A stretch of 64,000 nt of DNA from Candidatus Limnocylindria bacterium (GCA_035543375.1 DASZZF010000006.1:4464-68463); one strand, 5' to 3'. Shown: positions 38,791-48,644, counted from the stretch's first letter. The notes: generated from the letters alone by a model not told the origin. Made by a program: numbers and translations.

Positions 38791-40451
38791 GCAAGGAAGT
38801 GGCGACCGGAGCGGAGGTCATCGCCGAGGCGCTCGCCGCCGAGGGGGTCGAGTACTTCTTCAACCTGCCGGGCAACGGCGTCTATCCGATGCTCGATCCG
38901 CTCGCCGAGCACTCCATCAAATACGTCCTCGGCCTGCATGAAGCGAGCGTCGTCTCCATCGCGGACGGCTACGCGCGCGCGAGCGGGAAGGTGCCGTTCG
39001 TGAATCTCTACATGGTGCCGGGCACAGCGAACGCGCTCTCCGCCATCTACATCGCGCATCGGGATCGTGTGCCGATGGTGATCACGTCGACCCAGCAGAC
39101 GCGCGCGCTCATCGGGCGCGATGCGTACGCCTCCGCGACCGATCTCCTGGGGATGGTCCGGCAGTTCACGAAGTGGGCGTGGGAGGTGAATTCGCCCGAG
39201 CGGCTTCCGGAGGCGATCCACCGCGCGTTCAAGTTCGCCGCGGCGCATCCGCAGGGCCCGGTGTTCCTGTCGCTGCCGTTCGATCTGTTCCCGGCCGTGG
39301 TGCAGGGCGTCCGCTCGGAGCCGAATCGACCGAGCGCGGTCCCGACGCTCGGCGCCCCATCACCCGCATCGGTCGAGGCGATGGCCGCGCGGCTCGCGGC
39401 CGCCGAGGGGCTGCTCTTCGTCGCCGGCAAGGATGCGGTCACCGGAGGTGCGATTCCCGATCTCGTCGCGCTTGCCGAGGAGCTGGGTGCTGCCGTGGTC
39501 TCCGAGCCGTGGGCCGGGACAGTCGCCTTTCCCCGTCCGCACGATCTGGGATTCGGCGAGTACACCCGCGCGACGTTCGATCGGATCGCGCCGTCCTGCG
39601 TCTTCGCCATCGGCGCGCGCCTGTTCCCCGAGGCCATCGGCGTGCCGGAAGCGGCCTTCCCCGCGGGAACGGAGGTGCTCGCGCTGGGGCTCGACCCGAC
39701 CGACCTGGGACGGCAGCAAGCCGTCGACGTCGCTGCCGTCGCCGATATCGCGCTCGGGCTCAAGGCCGTGCGGGCGGCGCTGCGGGGTCGGGTCCCGGCC
39801 GCGCTGCGCGATGCCCGCCTGGCAAGGCTCGCTCCCTTCCAGGCCGAGCTCCGGGCCGCGGATGCCGCGTTCCTCGAAGAGCACGGCACCGACCGTCCGA
39901 TGAGCATCGCCCGCCTCGCCACCGAGCTCAACCGGGCTATCGACGATGACACGCTCATCGTCGAGCACGGCACGACGTCGACGCCGATGCTGCTTCGTTA
40001 TCTGCGGCAGGCGCGACCCGAGCACCTCTTCGGCACGGGGGCGAGCGTGCAGGGCTGGGGCATGCCGGCCGCGATCGGCGTCCAGCTTGCCCGGCCGGAC
40101 GCCCGGGTCCTCGCGATCGTCGGCGACGGCGGATTCGCGTTCACCCCACAGGCCCTGTGGTCGGCGGCCAAGTATCAGCTGCCGGTGACGATCCTCGTGA
40201 TCAACAACAAGGGCTATCGCTCGATGCGCTCCGGCGTCCTGCGCAGCGCCCAGCGGGCCCTCGCCAGGGGTGTCGACTTCGGCTTCGACTTCGAGGTCGA
40301 CCTCGCCCACGCGGCCGCGGCCTTTGGCGTCACCTCGCGTCGGGTGGAGGATCCTGCCGAGATCGCCGCTGCGGTGCGGTCCGCGCTGCAGAGCGGCAAG
40401 CCATCCGTCATCGAAGCCGTCATTTCACCGAACCCGTTCCCGTGGATCTGA
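38787..40451 (+). CDS. ThDP-dependent enzyme closely resembling benzoylformate decarboxylase
   Basis: Reads LGLHEASVVSIADGYARASGKVPFVNLYMVPGTANALSAIYIAHRDRVPMVITSTQQTRALIG and later PAAIGVQLARPDARVLAIVGDGGFAFTPQALWSAAKYQLPVTILVINNKGY. This is near-collinear with the Pseudomonas putida MdlC segments as I recall them. Confidence 0.65.
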   Translation: MSKEVATGAEVIAEALAAEGVEYFFNLPGNGVYPMLDPLAEHSIKYVLGLHEASVVSIADGYARASGKVPFVNLYMVPGTANALSAIYIAHRDRVPMVITSTQQTRALIGRDAYASATDLLGMVRQFTKWAWEVNSPERLPEAIHRAFKFAAAHPQGPVFLSLPFDLFPAVVQGVRSEPNRPSAVPTLGAPSPASVEAMAARLAAAEGLLFVAGKDAVTGGAIPDLVALAEELGAAVVSEPWAGTVAFPRPHDLGFGEYTRATFDRIAPSCVFAIGARLFPEAIGVPEAAFPAGTEVLALGLDPTDLGRQQAVDVAAVADIALGLKAVRAALRGRVPAALRDARLARLAPFQAELRAADAAFLEEHGTDRPMSIARLATELNRAIDDDTLIVEHGTTSTPMLLRYLRQARPEHLFGTGASVQGWGMPAAIGVQLARPDARVLAIVGDGGFAFTPQALWSAAKYQLPVTILVINNKGYRSMRSGVLRSAQRALARGVDFGFDFEVDLAHAAAAFGVTSRRVEDPAEIAAAVRSALQSGKPSVIEAVISPNPFPWI

Positions 40452-40480
40452 CCGTGTCGAAACAGGTATTGGAGGAAGAG

Positions 40481-41542
40481 ATGTCGAACACCACTCCGGG
40501 TCCAGGTGGTCAACGTCGCGTCGTCGGACTGGCGCTGCTGGTGGTCACGCTGCTCGCCGCATGCGCGGCCCCGGCGGCGACGCCAGCGCAGCCGGTCGCG
40601 AGCAAGCTCACGCTCGATCAGGTCAGTGCAACGGCGAAGACCGAAGGCAAGGTGCTCGTCTCCGACAGCACGCCCGACCAGCAGTTCGCGCCGGTCATCG
40701 CGGCCTTCAAGGCGAAATACCCCGGCATCGACGTGCAGCAGCTCAGCCAATCGAGCGCCGAGGCGATCCAGCAGATGACCGCGGAGGTTCAGGTAAACCG
40801 CACCGCGACCACCGACGTCTTGATCGGCGGCCTGGCGCAGCTCAGCGTGCCGGAGAAGGACGGGATCCTGCTCGCGACCGATTGGGCCGCACTCGGCCTG
40901 GGCAAGGAGCTCATCGCCTCGCAGGCCCAGGTCAAAGCCGTCGGCGCGCTCACCGTCTTCATCTACAACAAGAGCCAGGTCGCGGAGAAGGACGCACCGC
41001 GGACGTGGGATGCGCTGCTCGATCCGAAATGGAAGGGCAAGCTCGCGATCTTCCCGACCGGCGACATCGCCGCTGACCTCACCATGCCGCTCGGCGAGGC
41101 GAAGGCGACCGATCTCTGGACCAAGCTCGTCGCCCAGAGCACGATCATCGCGACGCCTCCTGATGTGGCGAACAAGGTCGCGGCCGGTGAGTTCGCTGTC
41201 GGCGTCGTCCGCGTCCAACACGCCCGCGCGCAGGTCGCGCGCGGCGCCCCGGTCGCCTACGTGGTGCCGAACCCGGCCGTCTTCTCCGTGCTCAGCGGGG
41301 TCATCCCGAAGACCGCGGCGCACCCGAACGCAGCCCGTCTGTTCATCGCCTGGCTGGCCTCGGTGGAAGGCGCGAACGCCTACGAGAAGGCGACGTTCCG
41401 TGGCAATCCGCTCGTGAGCGGGTCGCAGGCAGCCGCCGACACGAAGGGGCTCGATCTGGTCACCTGGGACGTGCAGAAGGAGTCGATCGACGAACGCGCG
41501 CGCCTCGAGGCGAAGTTCCTGCAGATCGCGCAACGTCGGTGA
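40481..41542 (+). CDS. ABC transporter substrate-binding lipoprotein (Fbp/Pot-like family 1)
   Basis: Lipobox LLAACAAP. RBS GGAGGAAGAG precedes the ATG at 40481. Confidence 0.7.
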   Translation: MSNTTPGPGGQRRVVGLALLVVTLLAACAAPAATPAQPVASKLTLDQVSATAKTEGKVLVSDSTPDQQFAPVIAAFKAKYPGIDVQQLSQSSAEAIQQMTAEVQVNRTATTDVLIGGLAQLSVPEKDGILLATDWAALGLGKELIASQAQVKAVGALTVFIYNKSQVAEKDAPRTWDALLDPKWKGKLAIFPTGDIAADLTMPLGEAKATDLWTKLVAQSTIIATPPDVANKVAAGEFAVGVVRVQHARAQVARGAPVAYVVPNPAVFSVLSGVIPKTAAHPNAARLFIAWLASVEGANAYEKATFRGNPLVSGSQAAADTKGLDLVTWDVQKESIDERARLEAKFLQIAQRR

Positions 41543-42570
41543 GCATCGAGCGCGTTCTCGTGACCGGCGGGACCGGCGTCATCGGCGCCTGGGTCGTGCG
41601 CGGTCTCGCGGAGCGCGGGATCGAGCCCATCGTCTTCGTGCGCGGCCGCACGAACGAGGTCGGGCGGACGATCAACGGGGACATCGAGGGCCGGCTCACG
41701 TTGGCGCTCGGCGACCTGCTCGATCCCGATGCGCTCGCGGCCGCGGTCGAGCGCCACCGGCCGCAGGCCATCATCCACATGGCCTCCGCGAAGCCATGGC
41801 AGATGGAGCCGCCCTGGGCGGCCGAGCCCGATGGCCGGTTCGCCATCGAGCAGATCGCGCTCGCGACCTGGAACGTGCTTGAGGTCTCTCGCAAGGCGGG
41901 CGTCACGCGAGTCGTCTACGCGAGCTCGAAGGCCGTCTACGACGACGTCACCGGTGCCCACGCCGCACCCGACTACGTGCCCCTTCCGGAGGAGTATCCG
42001 AAGCTCCCGCGGATGCTCTATGGCATCGGCAAGCTCGCCGCGGAGCATCTCGGCCTCTACTACGCGCGGAGCTACGGCATCGAGTTCCTCGCGATCCGGT
42101 TCAGCTCGGCGTTCGGGCCGCTCAAGCGCGGGCCCACGGCGACCAGCCCGGACGGGATGTTCTACGCGGCCCTTGCCGGCGAGGAGGTGAAGATCCGTCG
42201 CCTCGCTCCCGGCGAGCGCGACGACTTCGCGTACAACAAGGACATCGCAGAGGGCTTCGTGCTCGCGGCGCTCGCCGCCACGCCACGCCACCACGCGTAC
42301 AACCTCGGGTCCGGGATCGGCGTTGACCACGAGGATCTCGCGCGTGCGATCAGCGCGGTGGTGCCGGGAGCCCGGGTCTCATTCACCGACCCTGCGGCAG
42401 GCGGCGCCGGTGCCGCGATCACCGATCGGGCCCGCTGCGTAATGGATATCCGGCGCGCCACGGCGGATTTCGGATACGTGCCGAAGTTCGTGCCGCTGGA
42501 GGCGGCATTCACCGACTTCCTGGCCGAAGAGCGGCGGATGGGGCGGCAGCCGGCGGCGACCACGGCGTGA
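41539..42570 (+). CDS. NAD-dependent epimerase/dehydratase (extended SDR)
   Basis: Reads VLVTGGTGVIGAWVVRGL, with YxxxK in MLYGIGKLAAE. 343 aa. Confidence 0.75.
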   Translation: MSIERVLVTGGTGVIGAWVVRGLAERGIEPIVFVRGRTNEVGRTINGDIEGRLTLALGDLLDPDALAAAVERHRPQAIIHMASAKPWQMEPPWAAEPDGRFAIEQIALATWNVLEVSRKAGVTRVVYASSKAVYDDVTGAHAAPDYVPLPEEYPKLPRMLYGIGKLAAEHLGLYYARSYGIEFLAIRFSSAFGPLKRGPTATSPDGMFYAALAGEEVKIRRLAPGERDDFAYNKDIAEGFVLAALAATPRHHAYNLGSGIGVDHEDLARAISAVVPGARVSFTDPAAGGAGAAITDRARCVMDIRRATADFGYVPKFVPLEAAFTDFLAEERRMGRQPAATTA

Positions 42571-43631
42571 TCCGCGTCACTGGCCTGCGCAAGCGGTTCG
42601 ACTCGCGGCGCAGGTCCGTCGTCGCCATGGATGACGTGTCCTTCGAAGTGCCGCGCGGTCAGTTCCTGACCCTGCTCGGCCCCTCGGGGTGCGGGAAGAC
42701 GACCGCGCTGCGCTGCGTGGCGGGGCTCGAGCGGCCGGATTCGGGCGAGATCGAGATTGCCGGCCGGACCGTGTTCTCCGCCGCAGGAGGTGTGTTCGTC
42801 CCCCCGAATGAGCGCAACGTCGGCATCGTGTTCCAGAGCTATGCCGTGTGGCCGCACATGACGGTGTACGGGAACGTCGCCTATCCGCTGAAGCCGTTGC
42901 ACCTGGGGCGCGACGCCGAACGGGAACGGGTCGAGCGGGTGCTCGACCTCGTCGGCCTCGGGCGTGAGATCGACCGGCCCGCGCCATTCCTGTCCGGCGG
43001 CCAGCAGCAGCGGGTCGCCCTGGCGCGCGCGATCGTGGGAGAGCCGGACGTGCTGCTCCTGGATGAGCCACTCTCGAATCTCGATGCGAAGCTTCGAGAG
43101 GAGATGCGTGTGGAGCTGCGCTCGTTGCAGCAGCGGCTGGGCATGACGGCGCTGTACGTGACCCACGATCAGGTCGAGGCGCTCGCGATATCAGATATCG
43201 TCGCCGTGCTGTCGGAAGGCCGCGTGGTCGAGCTCGGCGGCCCGCGCGCGGTCTACGACGCGCCACGGAGCCGGTTCGCGGCGGAGTTCGTCGGGGCCGC
43301 CAATCTCGTGACGCTTTCATCGGTCAGGCGGCAGGACGGCGGCATCATCGCGGAGGCGCCGTGGGGGACCCTCCGCATCGAGGGCCTCGCCGATGGCGCC
43401 ATCGAACAGGTCCTCGTGCGTCCCGCGGACATCGAGCTCGCCGCAGCGGACGGCGAGAATACCTGGGCGGCGACCGTCATCGACGTCGCGTTCCTCGGCG
43501 AGTACTCCCGCGCTCGCCTCCAGCTGGGCGGCACCGAGCTCATCGCGCATCTGCCGCGCCGCGCGGCCTGCGCCCCGGGCGACACGGTCCGCGTGCACAT
43601 CCCGGCGGGCCGTTGCCGGCCGGTCGCCTAG
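42567..43631 (+). CDS. ABC transporter ATP-binding protein (FbpC/PotA-like, with TOBE domain)
   Basis: Walker A GPSGCGKTT, signature LSGGQQQRVALARA. Paralog of 17264..18391. Confidence 0.85.
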   Translation: MIRVTGLRKRFDSRRRSVVAMDDVSFEVPRGQFLTLLGPSGCGKTTALRCVAGLERPDSGEIEIAGRTVFSAAGGVFVPPNERNVGIVFQSYAVWPHMTVYGNVAYPLKPLHLGRDAERERVERVLDLVGLGREIDRPAPFLSGGQQQRVALARAIVGEPDVLLLDEPLSNLDAKLREEMRVELRSLQQRLGMTALYVTHDQVEALAISDIVAVLSEGRVVELGGPRAVYDAPRSRFAAEFVGAANLVTLSSVRRQDGGIIAEAPWGTLRIEGLADGAIEQVLVRPADIELAAADGENTWAATVIDVAFLGEYSRARLQLGGTELIAHLPRRAACAPGDTVRVHIPAGRCRPVA

Positions 43632-43641
43632 ACCAACAAAC

Positions 43642-43660
43642 TGTCTACACTTTGGCCAGC
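43642..43660. promoter_or_regulatory. TGTCTACACTTTGGCCAGC element upstream of the NitT-family SBP gene
   Basis: Shares TACACTTTG and GCCAGC with the sites at 48645-48662 and 181-194. TACACT fits the TANNNT -10 pattern. Confidence 0.3.
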
Positions 43661-43680
43661 AGCTGGCTGGGGAGGATCGT

Positions 43681-44724
43681 ATGAGCGGTACAGGCGGGCT
43701 CCGATCGACGGCGGTCGCCGCCATCTGCGCGGTGCTGCTCGCGGCATGCGGCGGCGGATCATCCGGCGGCGCTCCGACAGCCGCGTCCGCGTCGGCGGGC
43801 GCCCTGGCCACGCCCCCGGCGCAGCCGGTCGAGATCCGTCTCGGCTACGGGACCGCGGCGGAGGAGAACGTTTGGCTCATGCTCGCGAAGCCGGACCTCG
43901 CTCCGAATCAGGGCAAGTGGTACTCCCTCAAGGCGACCCAGTTCCGCGCCAGCGATGAGCGACTGTCGGCATTCGAGGCGGGTCAGCTCGACGCGGGCAC
44001 GATGCCGGCGGCGACCGCACTGTTCGCGGCGGACCGCGGCGTTCCGCTCAAGCTCGTCGCGAGCATCGTGCGCGAGTCGATCGATCCGAAATGGTTCAGG
44101 ACGACGTTTATCGCGCTCGCGGACTCAGGGATCAAGTCACCAAAGGATCTGAAGGGCAAGACCATCGGCCTTCCGGGCTTCAAGACCGCGACCGAGGCCT
44201 GGTCGCGCGCGACCCTGACGGCAGCGGGCCTGGACCCGAACAAGGACGTGAAGTTCGTCGTCATCGGTTTCCCGGCGATGGGCGAAGCCCTCAGAACGAA
44301 GAAGGTCGACGCCGGCGCATTCCCGCAGCCCTTCTACGCCATCGAGAAGGCCAAGGGCGGCATCGTCGACGTGTACGACTCGCGCACGGGGTCGCCGTTC
44401 GAAGAGGACAACCTCACCCTCGCGTTCACCCCCGACTTCGTCGCGAAGAATCCCGGGGTGATGCGGGCATTCCTCGCCGACTTCGTCGCGACGACGAAGT
44501 GGTACCTCGCGAACCAGAAGGACGGTCGGCAGGCGCTCATCGACAAGAAGTTCGTCGCAACGACACCGGACATCTACCTCGGACTCGTCGATTACTTCCG
44601 CGAGCCGACGGGAAAGATCAGCACCGATGGCTTACAGAAGCACCACGACCAGCTGCTCGCGAATGGGTGGATCGCAAAGAAGGTGGATCTCACCAAGCTC
44701 GTCGACCTGAGCCTGCTGCCGTAG
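43681..44724 (+). CDS. ABC transporter substrate-binding lipoprotein, NitT/TauT family
   Basis: Lipobox VLLAACGG. RBS GGGGAGGA precedes the ATG at 43681. Confidence 0.7.
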   Translation: MSGTGGLRSTAVAAICAVLLAACGGGSSGGAPTAASASAGALATPPAQPVEIRLGYGTAAEENVWLMLAKPDLAPNQGKWYSLKATQFRASDERLSAFEAGQLDAGTMPAATALFAADRGVPLKLVASIVRESIDPKWFRTTFIALADSGIKSPKDLKGKTIGLPGFKTATEAWSRATLTAAGLDPNKDVKFVVIGFPAMGEALRTKKVDAGAFPQPFYAIEKAKGGIVDVYDSRTGSPFEEDNLTLAFTPDFVAKNPGVMRAFLADFVATTKWYLANQKDGRQALIDKKFVATTPDIYLGLVDYFREPTGKISTDGLQKHHDQLLANGWIAKKVDLTKLVDLSLLP

Positions 44725-44734
44725 CCATGTCCGC

Positions 44735-45517
44735 GTGATCGTCGAGATCGACCGCGTCTCGAAAGAGTTCGTACGCGGCGAGCAGCGGGTCCGCGCGGTG
44801 GACGACGTCAGTCTCGCCGTGTCCGAGGGCGAGTTCGTCACGATCGTCGGGCCGAGCGGCTGCGGGAAGAGCACCCTCCTCCATGTGCTCGGCGGCTTCA
44901 TCCCCGCCGACGCCGGCGTCATGCGGGTGGCCGGGCGCGAGGTCCGCCGTCCGGGCCCCGATCGCGGGATGATGTTCCAAGAGCTCGCGCTCTTTCCCTG
45001 GCGGACCGTGATCGGCAATGCCGGATGGGCGCTCGAGATCCAGGGTCTGCCGGCGGCGCAGCGTGTCGCGACCGCCGAGCGCTATCTCGAGCTGGTCGGG
45101 CTGCTCCCGTTCAAGGACGCCTATCCGAGCGAGCTCTCCGGCGGCATGAAGCAGCGGGTCGCGCTCGCGCGGCTCCTGGCCTTCGATCCCAAGGTGCTGC
45201 TCATGGACGAGCCGTTCGGTGCGCTCGATGCGCAGACCCGCGAGCTGATGCAGGAGGAGCTCCAGCGGATCTGGCTCGCGACGGGGAAGACGGTCCTCTT
45301 CGTGACGCATGACATCGACGAAGCGGTCTTCCTGGGCGACCGCGTCATCGTCTTCACCGCCCGCCCCGGCCGGATCAAGGCCGATCTGCGGATCGATCTG
45401 CCGCGGCCCCGCCCGATCGAGGTGAAGAAGTCGGTCGAGTTCCTCACCGCCCGCAACCAGGTCTGGGACCTGCTGCGAGAGGAGGTCCTGCGATCGCGAG
45501 GGAGCCTGGGCGCCTAA
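44735..45517 (+). CDS. ABC transporter ATP-binding protein, NitT/TauT family
   Basis: Walker A GPSGCGKST, signature LSGGMKQRVALARL. 260 aa. Confidence 0.8.
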   Translation: MIVEIDRVSKEFVRGEQRVRAVDDVSLAVSEGEFVTIVGPSGCGKSTLLHVLGGFIPADAGVMRVAGREVRRPGPDRGMMFQELALFPWRTVIGNAGWALEIQGLPAAQRVATAERYLELVGLLPFKDAYPSELSGGMKQRVALARLLAFDPKVLLMDEPFGALDAQTRELMQEELQRIWLATGKTVLFVTHDIDEAVFLGDRVIVFTARPGRIKADLRIDLPRPRPIEVKKSVEFLTARNQVWDLLREEVLRSRGSLGA

Positions 45518-46272
45518 CGCGGGCCGCGCAGGCGGCGCTGCTCCCCGCGGTCCTTCTTGGGCTGTGGGAGCTCGGCGCGGCGACCGAGTCCCTGCCCGAA
45601 TACGTCGCGCGCCCGTCGCAGATCGCCGGCGAGCTCTGGACCCTCGTTCGCACCGGCGAGATCGTGGGGCACGTCGCGATCAGCCTGTATCGCTCGATGG
45701 CCGGCCTCATCCTCGGCGCCGGAGCCGGCGTCCTGCTCGGCCTCATGTCCGGCGTGTCCCGGCGCGTCGCCGGCTTCTTCGACCCGATCATCTCGCTCAG
45801 CAATCCCGTGCCGAAGGTGGCCATCCTGCCGGTGCTCATCGTGTGGTTCGGGATCAGCGATACCTCGAAGATCGTCCTCATCGCGATCACGACGTTCTTT
45901 CCCGCCTATCTCAGCGCGCTCGCCGGTGTGCGGCAGGTGCAGACCCCGTGGGTCTGGGCCGCGCGCAGCATGGGCGCGCGTCCGGCCCAGGTCTTCCGCA
46001 AGGTCGTGTTTCCGGCGGCGCTGCCCCAGATCCTGGGCGGCCTGCGGGTCGCGCTCGCCCTCGCGTTCATCCTCATGTTCGCCTCCGAAGCCGTCGGGAC
46101 CGCCCATCGCGCGGGCCTCGGCTTCCTCGTGATCGTCGCCGAGGCCGGCGGACGGTGGGATCTCATGCTGTCGGCGATCACGGTCATCGGGATCCTCGGC
46201 TTCACGGCGGACCGGCTGCTGCTCGTCGCGTCCCGCTCCGTGCTTCGGGGCAGGGAGACGTCACGTGGCTAG
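45517..46272 (+). CDS. ABC transporter permease, NitT/TauT family; N-terminus lacks a canonical start codon
   Basis: In-frame translation from 45517 (TRAAQAALLPAVLLGLWELGAATESLPEYVARPSQIAGELW...) aligns with the N-terminus of the downstream paralog. The first ATG/GTG/TTG in this frame is the GTG at 45664, which is inside TM1. The codon in the expected start position is ACG. Confidence 0.55.
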   Translation, partial: TRAAQAALLPAVLLGLWELGAATESLPEYVARPSQIAGELWTLVRTGEIVGHVAISLYRSMAGLILGAGAGVLLGLMSGVSRRVAGFFDPIISLSNPVPKVAILPVLIVWFGISDTSKIVLIAITTFFPAYLSALAGVRQVQTPWVWAARSMGARPAQVFRKVVFPAALPQILGGLRVALALAFILMFASEAVGTAHRAGLGFLVIVAEAGGRWDLMLSAITVIGILGFTADRLLLVASRSVLRGRETSRG

Positions 46273-47032
46273 ACGCCTTGCCCGCTACCACTCGATCGCG
46301 CTCCTGTTGATCGGGTGGGAGGTCCTCGCGCGGTCTGGTCTCGTGAACCCCAGGCTCTTCCCGAGCCTGCCGTCGATCGGCGATGAGCTCGTGCAGCTGT
46401 TCACGACCGGCATCATCTGGCCGCATCTTGCCGCGACCCTCTTTCGCGTGATCGGGGGGTTTGCCGGAGCGACGGTCGCCGGAGTGGCCATCGGCTTCCT
46501 CATGGCGAGGTTCGCCATCATCGGCCGAACGGTCGAGCCGTTCTTCTCGGCGAGCTACCCGGTGCCGCGGATCGCCATCTACCCCATCTTCATCCTCGCA
46601 TTCGGCCTGGGCCACCTCTCCAAGGTGGCGCTCGTGTTCCTCGAATGCCTCTATCCGATCGCGATCACGACGTTCTATGGCACTCGGGCGATCGATCCCG
46701 TCTATGTGTGGGCGGCGGAGAACATGGGCGCCAGCCGGCGACAGGTCCTGCTGCGGGTCGTGGCGCCGGCACTCGCCCCCTACGTCTTCAACGGCCTGCG
46801 GGTCGCGCTGCCCATCGCCCTCGCGATCGCCGTGATTACCGAGATGATCGGTGCCACCGAGGGCATCGGCTATCTCGTGGCCTACGCCGCCGCCTCGCTC
46901 GCCCGGGCGCAGGTCTTCGCCGGCGTCCTCGTCATCGCGATCGTCGGCTTCATCCTCGACGCCGGGATCTCCGGACTACGCGATCGGCTCGTCTTCTGGG
47001 AGCGGCCGGCGGCATCCATCGGATGGAACTGA
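46265..47032 (+). CDS. ABC transporter permease, NitT/TauT family (second permease of this system)
   Basis: 255 aa, with an EAA-like loop. GTG start overlaps the upstream permease end. Confidence 0.75.
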   Translation: MARRLARYHSIALLLIGWEVLARSGLVNPRLFPSLPSIGDELVQLFTTGIIWPHLAATLFRVIGGFAGATVAGVAIGFLMARFAIIGRTVEPFFSASYPVPRIAIYPIFILAFGLGHLSKVALVFLECLYPIAITTFYGTRAIDPVYVWAAENMGASRRQVLLRVVAPALAPYVFNGLRVALPIALAIAVITEMIGATEGIGYLVAYAAASLARAQVFAGVLVIAIVGFILDAGISGLRDRLVFWERPAASIGWN

Positions 47033-47042
47033 GCGTCGGCGC

Positions 47043-47816
47043 CTAGTGAGCCGCTTGCGGGCGCCACGGGATCAAGACACGATCGAGGGCATCCAACAGC
47101 CACGCCATCGCGAAGCCCAGAATGGCCGTGACCATGATGCCCACATACATGTGGCTCACCTGGAAGGTCTGCCAGCTGGTCCAGATCAGATACCCGATGC
47201 CGCTGCGCGCACCGACGAACTCCGCCGCGACGATCACGAGCATCGCGATGCCCATCCCGAGGCGCAGGCCCGCGACGATCGTCGGCAAGGCGCCCGGGAG
47301 CGCGATATCCGTGAACCGCATGAGGGCGCTCGCCTGATAGTTCCGTCCCACGTCAAAGTAGATCCGGTCGATGTTACGGACGCCGGCGAGCGTGTTGATG
47401 AGGACGACGTAGACGACCGCGACGGCGATGATCGCGTACTTCGATGCCTCGCCGAAGCCCAAAGTCATGATGAACAGCGGAAGCAGCGCGACCTTCGGAA
47501 TGGGGAACGTACCGTCGACCAGCGGCTGCACGAACGCGCGGATCAGCGGGTTGAGGCCCATGGCGAGACCAAGCACCACGCCCGGGACCGCGCCGAGCAG
47601 GAAGCCGATCGCGATCCGTTGCACGCTCGCGGCGAGATGGCCCTCGAGCTCGCCGGACAGAAGGAGCTGCCACAGGTCGCGGAAGATCTCCGACGGCGGA
47701 GGGAAGAAACGCGTGTCGATCGCGCCGAGCGCGGCAGCGCCTTCCCACGAGCCGAGGATGAACAGCGGCGAGAACAGCGACAGCGCTCGTTCGAGCGCTC
47801 GTCCGCGCGTGCGCAT
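47043..47816 (-). CDS. ABC transporter permease, NitT/TauT family
   Basis: The start MRTRGRALERALSLFSPLFILGSWEG aligns with the other NitT permeases. The ORF-track extension to 47927 is not conserved. Confidence 0.7.
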   Translation of the reverse strand: MRTRGRALERALSLFSPLFILGSWEGAAALGAIDTRFFPPPSEIFRDLWQLLLSGELEGHLAASVQRIAIGFLLGAVPGVVLGLAMGLNPLIRAFVQPLVDGTFPIPKVALLPLFIMTLGFGEASKYAIIAVAVVYVVLINTLAGVRNIDRIYFDVGRNYQASALMRFTDIALPGALPTIVAGLRLGMGIAMLVIVAAEFVGARSGIGYLIWTSWQTFQVSHMYVGIMVTAILGFAMAWLLDALDRVLIPWRPQAAH

Positions 47817-48639
47817 GTCGTCGCATCCTAGCCCCGTGACCGGAGAGCCGAAGGTCGTGATCCGGGGCCTGCATAAGGAGTTCGCCCTACGCGGCCGCGT
47901 ATTCAGCGCCCTCAGCGCCGTGGACATTGAGATCCGTCAGCGTGAGTTCGTCGCGATCGTCGGTCCCTCGGGCTGCGGCAAGACGACGCTGTTGCGCGTC
48001 CTCGCCGGCCTCGAGGCGCCGAGCGGCGGAACGATCGAACTGCGTCCGGATGGCGACGCGCGGCGCCCGGCCACCGCGATGGTCTTCCAAGAGCAGAGCG
48101 TCTTCCCCTGGCTGACCGTTCGGGACAACATCGCGTTTGGGCTGAAGGCGCGCGGCATCGATAAGAAGGCGCGCCGCGCGGTCGCCGACCTGCACATCGC
48201 CATGGTGCACCTGGGCGGCTTCGCTGATGCGCTGCCGCATCAGCTCTCAGGCGGGATGAAGCAGCGGGTCGCGCTTGCCCGCGCGTTCGCCAATGATCCC
48301 GAGATGCTGTTGATGGACGAGCCATTCGGGGCCCTCGATGAGCAGACGAAGCTCGTCCTGCAGGCAGAGCTACTCCGCATCTGGGAGTCGTCGCGCAAGA
48401 CCGTTGTCTATGTCACGCATTCGATCGACGAGGCGATCCTGCTCGCCGATCGCGTCCTCGTCATGTCAGCCCGCCCGGGCCGCATCGTGGACGACATCGA
48501 CGTGGCCCAGGTGTTCTCGCGTCCGCGATTGGTGGAGTCGGTCCGGACGGATCCCCGCTATGGCGAGCTGTTCGCGCGCATCTGGAGCCATCTGCGGGCG
48601 GACCAGCCGGTGGGAGGAGTGCCCGGGCCAAAAATGTAG
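47815..48639 (+). CDS. ABC transporter ATP-binding protein, NitT/TauT family
   Basis: Walker A GPSGCGKTT, signature LSGGMKQRVALARA. The ATG at 47815 shares a CATG with the divergent permease start. An alternative GTG lies at 47836. Confidence 0.7.
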   Translation: MSSHPSPVTGEPKVVIRGLHKEFALRGRVFSALSAVDIEIRQREFVAIVGPSGCGKTTLLRVLAGLEAPSGGTIELRPDGDARRPATAMVFQEQSVFPWLTVRDNIAFGLKARGIDKKARRAVADLHIAMVHLGGFADALPHQLSGGMKQRVALARAFANDPEMLLMDEPFGALDEQTKLVLQAELLRIWESSRKTVVYVTHSIDEAILLADRVLVMSARPGRIVDDIDVAQVFSRPRLVESVRTDPRYGELFARIWSHLRADQPVGGVPGPKM

Positions 48640-48644
48640 ACTGC

